In this document: positions 1 through 11,789 of the stretch, one piece after another
Layout of the letters: every line of letters starts with the position of its first letter
Numbering within the stretch: position 1 is the stretch's first letter
Assembly: GCF_006345805.1 (NCBI RefSeq)
Contig: NW_021835018.1
Coordinates: forward strand, 1 to 44,975
Source of the DNA: Octopus sinensis
Lineage: Eukaryota
Length of the DNA stretch: 44,975 nt
Direction: 5' to 3'
The notes under the pieces: generated by a model
The model's database searches: none
The model's input: only the letters and a program-made list of their open reading frames with translations
What the model was told of the DNA's origin: nothing
Program-made: the position numbers and the translations under genes

Positions 1-255
1 GCACGCCTTTGTGTGTTTGTAACTGTGTAAATATCTATATTGAAACATCTTCATATATGTGTGGGTGTATGTGTGTGTGTGTGAGAGAGAGGGAAAGTAT
101 GTGTGTGTGTGTACGTGTGTGCTGTAGAATACGACAGCAGTTGAAAGCGAAAATATAAGGACAGAGCGCAGTATTTTCGTGAGACTTCTATTAATAGGAT
201 GCAGAAGTTCGAACCCTTTAGGTACCTATTTGAGTTGGAAAAGTTTAAGATATTA

Positions 256-664
256 GCAGGAGTGGCTGTGTGGTAAGTAGCTTGTTTACTAACCACATGG
301 TTCCGGGTTCAGTCCCACTCCGTAGCACCTTGGGCAAGTGTCTTCTACTATAGCCTCGGGCCGACCAAAGCCTTGTGAGTAGATGGTAGACGGAAACTGA
401 AAGAAGCCTGTCGTATATATGTATATTATATATATGCGTGTGTGTGTTTGTGTGAGTGTGTTTGTCCCCCTAGCATTGCTTGACAACCGATGCTGGCGTG
501 TTTGTGTCCCCGTAACTTGGCGGTACGGCAAGGGCGACCGATAGAATAAGTACTGGGCTTACAAAAGAATAAGTCCCGGGGTCGAGTTGCTCGATTAAAG
601 GCGGTGCTCCAGCATGGCCGCAGTCAAATGACTGAAACAAGTAAAAGAGTAAAGAGTAAAGAGT
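256..664 (+). mobile_element. SINE family A (octopus-type tRNA-derived SINE), full length
   Basis: Pol III A/B-box-like head (TGGCTGTGTGG...GGTTCAGTCCC), CORE-like segment caccttgggcaagtgtcttc, internal (TA)n(TG)n, tail ggcggtgctccagcatggccgcagtcaaatgactgaaaca plus (agtaaag)n. Copies recur at ~9.1, 25.5 and 37.7 kb. May correspond to one of the published octopus OK/OR1/OR2 families; which one cannot be verified here. Confidence 0.9.
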
Positions 665-1062
665 ATAGATTTGGAAGAAAACATTCTGAATAATGATCCT
701 GAACATAAATCTAATGATGAACGTTCGAGGTCTGACACATACCATGTTGTTTCAAAAAATCAGTCCAAGAATAGAAGAGGGGTTAGTTTCCATTTCCAAA
801 CTTTTAACAAGTTCTTGTGGACCAGGCAGCCCTTTCTAGAATATTACATTTTGTTTAGATAATTACCTGACTCGGTTGTTTCATTCGAGTATTGTCTATT
901 TTCTTCTGGACACAAAATTACATGTAATATAAGCAGGAACTGATGTCCACCATCTCGCGTGGGTTCTCCACTTAGTGTGAAAATCAGTACACGACTCTCA
1001 TGTGTAGACGTGAAAAGTGTCTTCCTATGGATTTCGTAGACGGAAACTAAAGAAGCCCATAA

Positions 1063-1126
<64 letters not shown>

Positions 1127-1135
1127 GATGTGTGT

Positions 1136-1174
<39 letters not shown>

Positions 1175-1252
1175 ATAGTTAGGGAATGTAATAATTCCAA
1201 GCTAACAGGAAGAAAATTTTAACTTAGCACACTAAATCAAAATTCACAATAT

Positions 1253-1283
<31 letters not shown>

Positions 1284-1284
<1 letters not shown>

Positions 1285-1438
1285 ATTTAGAGACACGCCG
1301 CTATTTAGTTATGTTTGATTTGTTATGAGATCTTTAGAATAATAATTATAAGGTATTTAATTAATTTTTATGTGGTTATTATCGGTAATATCTTTTCAGT
1401 ATTGATGGAATAACTAAATAGCGGTTTGTCTCTAAATT
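1284..1438. mobile_element. Small MITE (155 bp) with 29-bp TIRs
   Basis: aatttagagacacgccgctatttagttat at the left; the right end reverse-complements to aatttagagacaaaccgctatttagttat (2 mismatches). Non-coding AT-rich interior, embedded in (GA)n/(TA)n. Confidence 0.75.
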
Positions 1439-1511
1439 ATATATATATACTAAGAGAGATAGACAGACAGATAAAGAAAGACAGAGAGTGATTTAAAGAT
1501 ATATGTATATG

Positions 1512-1561
<50 letters not shown>

Positions 1562-1564
1562 AAT

Positions 1565-1961
1565 TCGGATATAATTTTATTCTCAATCGCATGATAATGT
1601 TAATATGATAGCACGAACAGAATAAACTATCCATATTTTGCAAAAGAATCTGTCGGCGGCCAGCCATGAGCCTCGAACTCATATCCTTCCCAGGGACAAA
1701 TTCTTCAACAATTTTAGGATAGATTTATATAAGACGTGCGATAGCGTCTTATAAAGCTAGATTTATATATCCTAAAATTGCAGGATTTGTCGCTGGGCAG
1801 TTTAGCTTAAGGGTAAAGTATTTGACGCGTAATCACAAGGTAGTGAGTTCGAGTCTCATGGCTGACCGCCGACAGATTTTTCTACAAAATATGGATAGCT
1901 TATCCTCTTCTTGCAATGATACTAGCACTATCCTGCGCTTGAGAATAAAATTACTTCCTGA
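1565..1961. mobile_element. Foldback/palindromic element with tRNA-like heads in its arms
   Basis: Arms pair along most of their length around a centre near 1740 (tataagacg/cgtcttata; caattttaggata/tatcctaaaattg; cccagggacaaat/atttgtcgctggg; outer ~110 bp). The ORF track gives near-identical peptides on opposite strands (1437..1682 - and 1822..2031 +). Confidence 0.8.
1795..1867 (+). pseudogene. tRNA-Thr(CGT)-like pseudo-tRNA / Pol III head inside the foldback element
   Basis: Cloverleaf by eye: acceptor GGGCAGT/GCTGACC 6 of 7, D arm GCTT/AAGT, anticodon arm TTTGA/TCACA 4 of 5 with loop CGCGTAA, T arm GTGAG-TTCGAGT-CTCAT. Position 33 is G rather than U, so probably not a functional tRNA. Confidence 0.55.
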
Positions 1962-1974
1962 TATATATATATAT

Positions 1975-3312
1975 CTTTTAAAATGTTTCAGCTTCAAAGC
2001 TGCGGTCATATTGAGCAGCGCCAATAGTTGAAACCTCCCCTGATATGTGGCATTTGGTCAATGAGGGAACTTGATGCCACTGCCTTCATCTGTTTCCTAC
2101 CGTGCGGTAGGTTCATTTGGGACCCTTGACAGGAAGAGATCCAGTTTTGCTTTTAAAACACATCCACATCATGCAGGTCTCTCCCGCATTTTGGAAGGAC
2201 ATAGAAGACTGGTGGGCCTTTGAAGCCAAAGCTGTTGCAGTATCTGGTCCTGTATTTTCATGACCATGCAGGGATCTTTGGCATGTTGCAGTGGTGCCAC
2301 GTTCTGCAGTTTGAGTAACTTTCAATGCCAAAGTTTGATACAAGACCTTCTACGATTTTCTAGATGTATATCACTGCATCTTTCCCGCCTTCGAACTAGG
2401 GAGAAACGTTTTGACGATTTTCTTAGTGTAGCTTCGTTAGACTGCTTTGAATTACGTTGTTGTTTCTATAGTGTATCGTGACCATAGTTGGGAGCAGTAG
2501 TCCAAGCAGCTAAGGATGTATGTCCTCCAAAGAATCATCAATGTCTCCTTTTCGCTTGTTTTGAAAATTCGGAGGTTCCAGCCTGCCATCCATCTGCATT
2601 TTATTACCAAATTGGTAATATGCACTTGAAAAGATGCATCATTGCTCATGTCAATAACCAAGTCAAGCACTAATTTTGATTCAGGGATTTCAGTTCTTTC
2701 TGGGACAATGTATCCTGTCTGCATGTCACTTATCGTTGTGTGCTGGTAGCGTAGGGCCTGGAATTTTCCTGCATTAAACTGCATGTTGTTGTCCTCAGCG
2801 CACTTGTATATTGCATCCAACTCCCGTTGCAGATGTGCAATATTTGCAGGATTTTGTATCGTCTGAGAGACTTTTGTGTCATCTGCATCGCTAGAAAGTG
2901 TGGCTATCTGAGCAGCTGAGGACATGTCTGAGAGGGCCACTATGAATAGAAGTGGCCCGAAGACAATGCCCTGTGGACACCACTTGCTATTTGTGTTTCC
3001 TTGGAGGTGGCTCCATTGGCCACGTCTGCCTGACGTCTATCTTTTCGAAAGTTGTGCAGTCGAGATCACGCAGTTTGTGACCTGTCATACCATGGTCGAC
3101 TTTGTCAAAGGCTTTTGCATAGTCGAGATATATCACAGCCATATTTGAGTCATTCAGCAGCCTGTTTTTACATCCAGTCGTAGTGTTGCGGGAGCTGTGT
3201 TAGACAGATTTTACCTGCCCGAAATCCATGCTGAGTGTCAATCAGCAAGTAATTTTCGTCAAGGAACGCAATTAGTTTCTTGCGGACTACTCGTTCCGTG
3301 ACTTTGCTGATA
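1975..3312 (-). mobile_element. CR1-clade LINE, 5'-truncated; RT C-terminal half plus 3' tail (pseudogenised)
   Basis: Minus-strand peptides: QHGFRAG..CLTQL; VIYLDYAKAFDKVDHGM; LSSDADDTK (YADD-type motif, ORF 2452..2940); MQFNAGKF; LDYCSQLW; KLDLFLSRVPNEP-like C-terminus. Stops and frameshifts present. Confidence 0.85.
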
Positions 3313-3394
3313 TGTGAAGATATATGAATCTATATATACATGTATATACACACATATATGTACACACACACGCACACATATGTATATATATGTA

Positions 3395-3450
<56 letters not shown>

Positions 3451-3469
3451 GTGTATATATATACATGTA

Positions 3470-4650
3470 CAGGGGTTAGACAAAATAATGGAAACACTTT
3501 GCATCATAATTTTGAAATATCTATAAAACCTCAAAAGCTTGTTAATTTTTATGCTTTTTTGTTGCTTAATATGTTCGGACTTTCTAAGAGGACTTTCCAT
3601 CGGACTTTCAAAGAGGACGAATTGTCGATGCAGATATGGCAGGCGGTAGGCTAACAAAAACAGCCGAAATGTTTAGCGTATCAAGAAATACTGATTGAAA
3701 AGTAATGACAACATTTGAGAAAGAGGGAAACACCTCTTCGTTGAAACAAAACTCCGGAAGAAGACCAGAACATTCAAATAGGGATCGTCGGACTCTTACA
3801 TGAATTGTTAGAAAGGATCACAAAAGTACACATCCCAAAATTGCTGCAGAGCTTAATGACCACCTCGAGAATACACTTTCCACTAAAACTGTTCGGTGGG
3901 AGCTGCACAAAACTGGATTTCAAGGTGGGGCTGCAATCAGAAAACCACTACTTTGAAACACAATCTTTGCAAAGCGTTTACAGTGGAATAAAACCTACAG
4001 AATTGATCTCTAGAGCAGTGGAAGAATGTTATTTTCTCGGAAGAATGTTATTTTCATCCTTTATCTTATTTCCGACTACTGGCCGTGTATACGTGTAGAG
4101 ACAGTCAAAAGAAGCATTTGACCCAGACTGCCTTCTTCCAACTGTTAAACATTGAGAAGGTTTGGCGGGGGGTGTATCTTGGAAATTCGCCGGCCCAATG
4201 GTTTCCTTTCAAGGCAAAATTAATAGTCCAGACTATTTATGCATTTTATCTGATCAAAATGATTCTATATTTGCGGAACTGTTTCCTGAGGAAAGAGAAA
4301 TTTTTCAGGATGATAATGCTCAAATTCACACAGCAAAAGTTGTTATTGAATCGCACGAGGAACATTCTAGTGCAGTTGAACATCTTATCTGGCCACCGCA
4401 ATCCCCAGATTATGGTACATTTTAGAAAAAACAAGTAAGGTGTTGATATCCTCCACCATAACCACTACAAGAACAGGAGACATTTTTAGCTGAAAAATGA
4501 ACAGAAATTCCTTTGGAAACAATTCAAACTTTGTACGAATCCATTCCTCGTAGAACTCAAGCTGTAATTACTGACAAAGGCGGTCGTGCCCCATATTAAA
4601 TAAATTTGTTTGAAATTTTAAGGTGCTTCCATAATTTTGTCCAACCCGGG
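3470..4650 (+). mobile_element. Tc1/mariner DNA transposon, decayed (1181 bp)
   Basis: Imperfect 28-bp TIRs (caggggttagacaaaataatggaaacac vs reverse complement cccgggttggacaaaattatggaagcac), TA on both sides. Transposase remnants FQDDNAQIHTAK and WPPQSPD (ORF 4162..4425). Confidence 0.9.
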
Positions 4651-4816
4651 TATATTATATATATAATATATATATATTATATATATATACACATATATAT
4701 ATATATACATATATATACATATATATATATATATACATAATATATATATATATATAATAAATATAATATATATATACATAATATATAGATATATATATAT
4801 ATATACATATATATAC

Positions 4817-4848
<32 letters not shown>

Positions 4849-4905
4849 ATATATATACAATATATAAATATATAACAATATATATATATACATTATATAC
4901 ATATA

Positions 4906-4946
<41 letters not shown>

Positions 4947-4971
4947 TATACATATATATATATATATATAC

Positions 4972-5004
<33 letters not shown>

Positions 5005-5078
5005 CATACATACATACAATATATATATATTTATTTATATATGTCGCATATTTATCTGCGCGCGCGCGTGTTTGTGTG

Positions 5079-5118
<40 letters not shown>

Positions 5119-5120
5119 CG
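4651..5120. repeat. Degenerate (TA)n array grading into (TACA)n and (TG)n
   Basis: Direct reading; explains the YIYI/VCVC ORFs. Confidence 0.95.
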
Positions 5121-5333
5121 TGCGTGTCGGTGTTTTTGCTTACCACCACCACCACTTGACAATTTGTTGGCGTACCTACAACCGCGAAACCTTGCGGCTC
5201 TTCGAAGAGACGAAAAGTATAAGTACCCGGCTGAAAAGAAATAATTACTGGGGTCAATTTGTTCGACTAAAAAACCCAAGCCGCTGCTCCAGCATGGCCG
5301 CTATCTAATGAGTGAAACTACTAAAAGATAAAA
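5100..5333 (+). mobile_element. SINE family A, 3' half (diverged)
   Basis: cttgacaatt...ggggtcaatttgttcgacta...gctgctccagcatggccgc matches the family A body and tail. Confidence 0.7.
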
Positions 5334-5711
5334 AGGTTACCACTGTTTAGCAGATGGCTAAGTGCACCGAATTAAATATGAAGCTCTTACTCACTGCTGT
5401 AGATTCGATCTCAGAGTCTCCGTGCAAGCGTGAAAATCGATCAGTGGCAACAGTTGAGATACTGCACTGTCTCTAACTAGCGTTAAGCTTAATGGTGCAT
5501 CAAACGACCGTAAATTAGCGAGTTCTGTCTGATTGATTCAGATTGATTTCCATTGATACAAATGTCCACATGCATCCGTTATCTATTTTACAATGTAAAA
5601 TAAATAAATAAAGTAATTAACAGAACAAAGTAATACCTGGAAACTAAATTCTGTATTGGTTTATGAAGCCTAAATCGTAAAATCCCGATTTTGTTTTCAT
5701 TCGTCTGCAAG

Positions 5712-5753
5712 CTGAAGATAGACTATTCCATACTGAGGAAGATAAAAAATCAG
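5712..5753 (+). other. Candidate 42-bp micro-exon
   Basis: Pyrimidine-rich upstream ending in aag; consensus donor CAG|gtaagt. Open in two frames (e.g. AEDRLFHTEEDKKS). No homology recognised. Confidence 0.25.
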
Positions 5754-5867
5754 GTAAGTTTGCTTTTATGTTTATTCATTTATATATATATATATATATT
5801 ATTTATTTATAATTTCTATTGTGAATAGACATCTTATGTTGTAATTATAGTACTGCTGTGAACTGTA

Positions 5868-5986
5868 AGGATCGTTTCTGCGTCGGACAAAATGCTTAGC
5901 AAGCATTTCTTCCGACTTTACGTCCTGAGTTCAAATGCCACATTACCTTTCATCCTTTCGGAGTCGTTACAATAAGAACTAGTTGA
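5868..5986 (+). mobile_element. Diverged SINE family B, interrupted by the telomeric foldback element
   Basis: aaatgcttagc...ctgagttcaaat...cctttcatcctttcggagtcg...aactagttga, resuming with cagtagagtc after 6670. Confidence 0.6.
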
Positions 5987-6670
5987 GGGATCTTTACCTT
6001 TTGACCGACAGATTTTAAAAAATAATTTTTTGTAACTAAACACTTTCAAACTTCGGACACTGGTAGAATGTGTCATATAAAACATCTTTTACTCTAATAA
6101 TTTTTAAGAAAAACTTATATTTACGAAGTTATTTCTCGTTAAAGTTCTGTTATTACGGTAATTTCAACCAATGATGTGTATTCAGCTGAATAAAATTTCT
6201 GCCGTTGTTTGTCAACAACAACTATCGGCGGTATATTTTTCGTTTGTCACTGTACTGGTTTTAAGGTTTTAGGGTTAGGGTTAGGGTTTTAGAGTTAGGG
6301 TTAGGGTTTTTGGATTAGGGCTAGTGTTTTAGGGTTAGGGTGTTAGGGTTAGGATTTTAGGGTTAGGGTTAGGATTTTAGGGTTAGGTTTGTCATAAATA
6401 ACAGTGACAAATGAAATATACACCGCCGGAAGTTCTATTTGGCAAACAACAACAGTAATTTTATTCAGCTGAATACACGTCATTGATTGGTTGAAATTAC
6501 CGAAATACGAGAACTTTAACGTGAAATAACTTCCTAAATATAAGTTTTTCTCAAAAATGCTAAGAGTAAAAGATGTTTTTTATGACACATTCTACCAGTA
6601 TCCGAAGTTTCAAAGTGTTTAGTTACAAAAAAAATATTTTTTAATCTGTCGGTCAAAATATAAAGATCCC
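5987..6670. mobile_element. Non-autonomous foldback DNA element (684 bp) with ~267-270-bp TIRs and a telomeric core
   Basis: Ends gggatcttta... / ...taaagatccc. Arms 5987-6253 and 6401-6670 are reverse complements (roughly 85-90% identical by eye). No obvious TSD. Confidence 0.9.
6262..6388 (+). repeat. Interstitial degenerate telomeric repeat (TTAGGG/TTTTAGGG/TTAGGA)n
   Basis: Direct reading; forms the loop between the TIRs. Confidence 0.9.
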
Positions 6671-6689
6671 CAGTAGAGTCCTGCAGTCA

Positions 6690-6768
6690 ATGTAACTCAG
6701 AACAGAAACAAGGACCAAATACGGCTAATCATTTTGCTCGGCGTGCTAACGTTTCTGCAAGCTCGCTG
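6690..6768 (-). mobile_element. SINE family B head fragment
   Basis: Reverse complement reads cagcgagcttgcagaaacgttagcacgccgagcaaaatgattagccgtattt. Confidence 0.65.
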
Positions 6769-7173
6769 TACATCAATCAAAATTTCAGTCCTTCCTAATA
6801 TATCGAGCCTCACAACATAGGATATTACGAATACTGTGATTTGTAATAATAACTATATTTTCTAACATGTGTACTAGGCTGCGATTTTTCGGTGTAATCA
6901 ACACCAGCATTTGATATTTATTTTACCTAAAGTGTACCCGAGTGGTATTTGAACATAGAATAAGAAATATTAAAGATGTAGCTAAATATCACAAATTGGT
7001 GTGTATGAAGCTGCATCAGATAAATTTACACCACAAATAATAAAGTAACTTTTAAATAGATACAGATAATGGGATGATACAAGTATTTAATAAGGTACGA
7101 AGATTTTTTAACGAACGAATTTTCATTAAAATATCTATTTTGGGAATAATTTTTTTAATAACTTATTCTGTAG

Positions 7174-7297
7174 AATGTTCGATTTTTTTTCCTCGCAACT
7201 ATCGTGGGATTTATGATTATTGTTTAATGACTTCCCTGAAGCAGAAATTTTATATTCTGCTGTTAATGATTGAATTATTACCTGCAATCAGTATCAC
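7174..7297 (+). other. Candidate exon (124 bp) encoding a hydrophobic stretch
   Basis: Acceptor ttttttaataacttattctgtag, donor AC|gtaagt. Open frame ends MTSLKQKFYILLLMIELLPAISI (signal-peptide/TM-like). No homology recognised. Confidence 0.25.
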
Positions 7298-7563
7298 GTA
7301 AGTTATGAAATTGTTACAGGTAGAAATAATCCAAACTCTACTACTGTTTTAGTTATTTTTATTATTATTTTTTAATTTTTAGTTTCATTTATTTTCATTT
7401 TGTATTTAAAACTATTCGATATTCTGTTTTGAAATTACTCAAAATTTAAACTTATGCGGCCAAAAGATATATTTAGAGAACTGATCTTAGAAAAGTCGTT
7501 TCAGTAAAATGTCTTGAGATACATTGTGTCACTTAGAACTAATGTAATAAATATATCCCTGCA

Positions 7564-7707
7564 TCTAATTTGTTTAGATGCTTGCATGAAAAGAACTAGT
7601 GTAAGGCGTCGGAAGATTTGAACCTCAGTATTTGAACCTGCTTCTAATTTGTTAAGTTGCTTGCATGAAAAGAACTAGTGTAAGGCGTCGGAAGATTTGA
7701 ACCTCAG
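7564..7707. repeat. Tandem duplication: two 65-bp units (49-bp identical core) separated by 14 bp
   Basis: gcttgcatgaaaagaactagtgtaaggcgtcggaagatttgaacctcag occurs twice; also present inverted at 15361-15504. Confidence 0.9.
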
Positions 7708-7740
7708 GATCAAGACACAAGAAACTAAAATCGATATATC

Positions 7741-7903
7741 TACTACCCACAAGGGGCTACACACAGAGAGGACAAACAAACGGATTAAGTCGATTATATC
7801 GACCCCAATGCGTAACTGGTACTTATTTAATCGACCCCGAAAGGATGAAAGGCAAAGTCGACTTCGGCGTAATTTGAACACAGAACGTAGCGGCAGACGA
7901 AAC
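7741..7903 (-). mobile_element. SINE family B, 5'-truncated
   Basis: Reverse complement matches gtcgactttgcctttcatcctttcggggtcgat...agccccttgtgggtagta. Confidence 0.9.
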
Positions 7904-8897
7904 TAAATTCGATATATCATAAACGTTTTGTATACTAATCCTTCATTTCTGCTACTTCCCTACTACCAGTTATCAAATGTGTTCTGACAATAGCTCAAGC
8001 TGTTAATCTAGAATAAACGAGTATTGGTTCGATGTAGACGGCGCGTGTAATTTGAAACCAAAATTATTTAAAATCCTAGCTTGAAAAGCTGAAACTAAAT
8101 TCTGCAATAAATTTTTTTTTTCACCACCACACATATTGTCCCTACTAACGGTCTTATAGAGAGAATTAATAGTATTCAGTATCGCCTCTGTTGCTCTTCT
8201 ATACCTGTCACTCCACTTATCCTGATAATGGTTAATATTCTGTACAACAAAAGAGTCGTTTGGCATAAATCCACAGCAAACTACGACAGCGCCTTTAAAA
8301 TCAAGAAGGCGTTATGGCTACAAGAAATAAACCAACTAATAGAAAATTTTGTAAATAAAAAATAAAGGCTGAGGGGAAAAAACGCATTATAGGGGAAGGC
8401 AACGAAGTTAATATTGCAATAAAATGTTCTAAAATTGTCAAATAGGCGGTATGCAGTAATGTAAATTTGATCAGCAGTAAATAAAACGACTGATAACAAT
8501 CAATGCCAACGGAAGTGTCTATCCGAAATAAAAGGCTTCTTTTCGGCCATAAATCGAAGAAGCAATAATTTTTACATCTGATTAAACCGTTCCGCCCATT
8601 TTACACCGCACTATCATTTGCCATCTCACGCGTATACATACATAAAACCATACATACATATAAAATATATATATGTATATATATATATATATAGACTCAC
8701 ACATATATGTAAGTGCTTGTGTATTTGTATACGCACACACATACATACACATACACATACACACACACACCACATATATTTAAATTGCATATGTGTATAG
8801 AATATAGGGTTACATCAAACGTCAAAGATTAAGGTTCGATAATTTTAGTGTTTCATGATCCTACACTTTTTAATGTTGTGGTTGCCATTGTTATTGT

Positions 8898-8942
<45 letters not shown>

Positions 8943-9019
8943 TTGTTGCTGCGGGTGCTGTTACTAATATTATGCCCGCTACGTTTTTCTTCTTGCTACA
9001 CCGTGTTGTGTATATATAT

Positions 9020-9054
<35 letters not shown>

Positions 9055-9097
9055 TATATGTATGTATGCATGTATGTACGTATGTATGTCTGTATAT

Positions 9098-9361
9098 CTC
9101 TTACTCTTTTACTCTTTTACTCTTTTACTCTTTCAGTCATTTGACTGCGGCCATGCTGGAGCACCGCCTTTATAGCCGAGCAAATCGACTCCAGAGCTTA
9201 TTCTTTGTAAGCGTAGTACTTATTCTATCGGTATCTTTTGCCGAACCGCTACGTTACGGGGATGTAAACACATCAGCATCGGTTGTCAAGCGATGCTGGG
9301 AAGACAAACAGGCACGCAAACATACACACACACACACACACACACATACATACATACATAT

Positions 9362-9403
<42 letters not shown>

Positions 9404-9484
9404 CCCATATTACGACGGACTTCTTCCAGTTTCCGTCAACCAAATCCACTCAGAAGGCTTTGGTCAGCCCAAGGCTATAGTAGA
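9098..9484 (-). mobile_element. SINE family A, 5'-truncated, with expanded internal microsatellite
   Basis: Tail tttcagtcatttgactgcggccatgctggagcaccgcc and body match the 256-664 copy in reverse. Confidence 0.9.
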
Positions 9485-9527
9485 GAGAGAGAGAGAGAGT
9501 GAGAGAGAGAGAGAGTGATAGATAGAT

Positions 9528-9590
<63 letters not shown>
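9484..9590. repeat. (GA)n plus (GATA)n microsatellite
   Basis: Direct reading. Confidence 0.95.
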
Positions 9591-9591
<1 letters not shown>

Positions 9592-10263
9592 GTGTGTCTC
9601 TATGGAGGGTACTAAAACATATATAGACACTTGCGTATACATTTATAAACATATACATATATGTCAGACCACAATATATATGTATATAATGTGCGTATGT
9701 GTGTGTCTTTTAGTGTGTATGTATGCTTCTGTATACATATGCATATATATACACACACAGAGTATATGTCACACTGGACACGCACACTGAGGCGAACATA
9801 GGCAAGCAAACACATTCATGCAATAACAAGTGTACTCACGTCATTAAATTGATTATACTTTGTAGCTTTTTATTGGTATTTTTCCCGCCTTCTCAGTTAA
9901 GCCTAAACATTAATGCAGAATCTATCATGATATATATCCCTCTCTAATAATTACCCTTTCTGTGTATGTGATGAGTGGCAAAGCGCAAAATTTAGTTTCT
10001 TGGCGAAAGAGCATTTTATGTTTGCGGTTTCAATTATCTGTCGGTGTAATTTCCCTTCCTTTTATCTCGATCATTAGTGGCATCTGCGCATGAACATTCC
10101 ACCTATCAAAAATAGTTGCTGAATCTCCCTCAAATCACACCTTAATGTCTTTAAAAATGCCAGGACACCTTATATAATGTAGTCCCTTATACACATACAA
10201 AAGTATAGAGGCTATATCTGGAATATGTTTTGACATAGGTAATTCTCTATCAAGGCTGATATG

Positions 10264-10498
10264 AAGGGGGCGAGCTGGCAGAAACGTTAGCACGACGTGC
10301 GAAATGCTTAGCAGTATTTCGTCTGCCGCTACGTTCTGAGTTCAAATTCCGCCGAGGTCGACTTTGCCTTTCATCCTTTCGAGGTCGATTAAATATGTAC
10401 CAGTTACGCACTGGGGTCGATATAATCGACTTAATCCGTTTGTCTGTCCTTGTTTGTCCTCTCTGTGTGTAGCTTCTTGTGGGCAATAAAGGAATAAG
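10264..10498 (+). mobile_element. SINE family B, full length with 10-bp TSD
   Basis: Head ggcgagctggcagaaacgttagcac; B box gagttcaaatt; TSD ggctgatatg at 10254-10263 and 10499-10508. Confidence 0.92.
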
Positions 10499-11134
10499 GG
10501 CTGATATGGAACCAGACTAAAACCACACCAGCTACATCAACGACGAGACAAAATCGAAAGTCTAACACTAAATTCTTTCATAAAATTGTTACACCTTCCT
10601 TTACACGACCTGCAAGAAATATCACTTAAATTACCTTCAAATCGTACGCCACCGTAGCAACACAAAGAGCAAATTGGTTAGCGTAGACATCGGTATACAG
10701 GACATGAGATGGTTCAGTTCAGGATGTTTTGGGTGTAGAATAACCTAGTGCAAAACAACATAGGCATCTTCTTTATGTAAATCTTTATTTCGTTAATTTT
10801 CTCTAAAAGCTCGTTAAAATAAGCAGCAAAATATTCCTTGAATCTGGTCCATATATCTCCAGAAGTAAATGACATTTTGAGCCGGGTAGTTCTGGAAAGA
10901 AAGAAAAATGATATTGTAGATCTTAGTTGGAACTCTTTTGATTATGGGTTTCCAGGACGGAGTTAAGCGGGGCGAAGATAGCAAAAGTATAAACAAAAAT
11001 GTCCTCTTGGATAGTGATGTCCTAGATATGAATAAATATGTTATGATTTCAGTTGGGGCATCTTTGATAAATGTTGTGTGAGAAACGTCAAGGGTCGTTA
11101 GAGCCTCCTATATTTCCAAATTTCCATGAAAAGT

Positions 11135-11697
11135 GGAAAATATAAACGCAGAATGTCACTATCATATGGGAGTTTCCAGTCAACACTGACAGAACGATCA
11201 AGGCTAATCGACCAGACATAATTATTAAAGAGCGGGAAGAAAATACTTGTACAGTAATAGATATGAGCGTTCACACTGATAAAAATATATCTGTAAAGGA
11301 ATTTGACAAACTAAGTAAATGTAAGGCCCTGGAAATTGAAATGCAAAAGATGTGGTATCTCAAAACGAGAAGTGTTCCTATTATTTTAGGTGCCTAGGTA
11401 TGATATAAAAAAGAGGGATGTTAGAAACATTTAGATAAGATCCCAGGGGAACCATGTCTCAGAGAAATCTAGAAGATTGTGCTGACAAGTATTGCCCACA
11501 TCCTTAGAAAAACGCGATTCATTTAAACGTCTCTGTTGTATTACATGAAGATATTTCCCTACCTCCCCTCTTCAAGCTTTCAGTTATATTGTAACATCTC
11601 TTATCTTTCACTCGCCCCAGGACGCTGGGTGTCTTCCGGCAGGTGACTGTAACAAAAATGAAGATTAAAAATAATTTTAAAAAATGAAGAAAAAAAA

Positions 11698-11758
<61 letters not shown>

Positions 11759-11775
11759 CAACAACAACAATAATG
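11135..11775 (+). mobile_element. Dong/R4-like non-LTR retrotransposon 3' end (RLE domain, 3' UTR, (AAT)n tail)
   Basis: NVTIIWEFPVNTDRTIKANRPDIIIK...VIDMSV...KLSKCKALEIEMQKMW: PD-(D/E)xK restriction-like endonuclease; ends in (AAT)n at ~11700-11775. Confidence 0.8.
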
Positions 11776-11789
11776 ATGACTTGCAATAA

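Noticed and set aside
1795-1867. Functional tRNA-Thr gene
   Set aside because: G at position 33, mismatches in the acceptor and anticodon stems, and location inside a repeat arm; treated as a pseudo-tRNA head.
6262-6388. TTAGGG tract as a chromosome end or fusion scar
   Set aside because: Short, single-orientation, and symmetrically enclosed by transposon-like TIRs.
7564-7707. Direct repeats with a spacer, superficially CRISPR-like
   Set aside because: Only two units, a 14-nt spacer that is partly a repeat fragment, a eukaryotic context and no cas genes.
8003-8560. Non-repeat minus-strand ORFs (MPNDSFVVQ...; a hydrophobic frame upstream)
   Set aside because: No recognisable domain or consistent splice sites; ORF lengths are within chance for AT-rich DNA.
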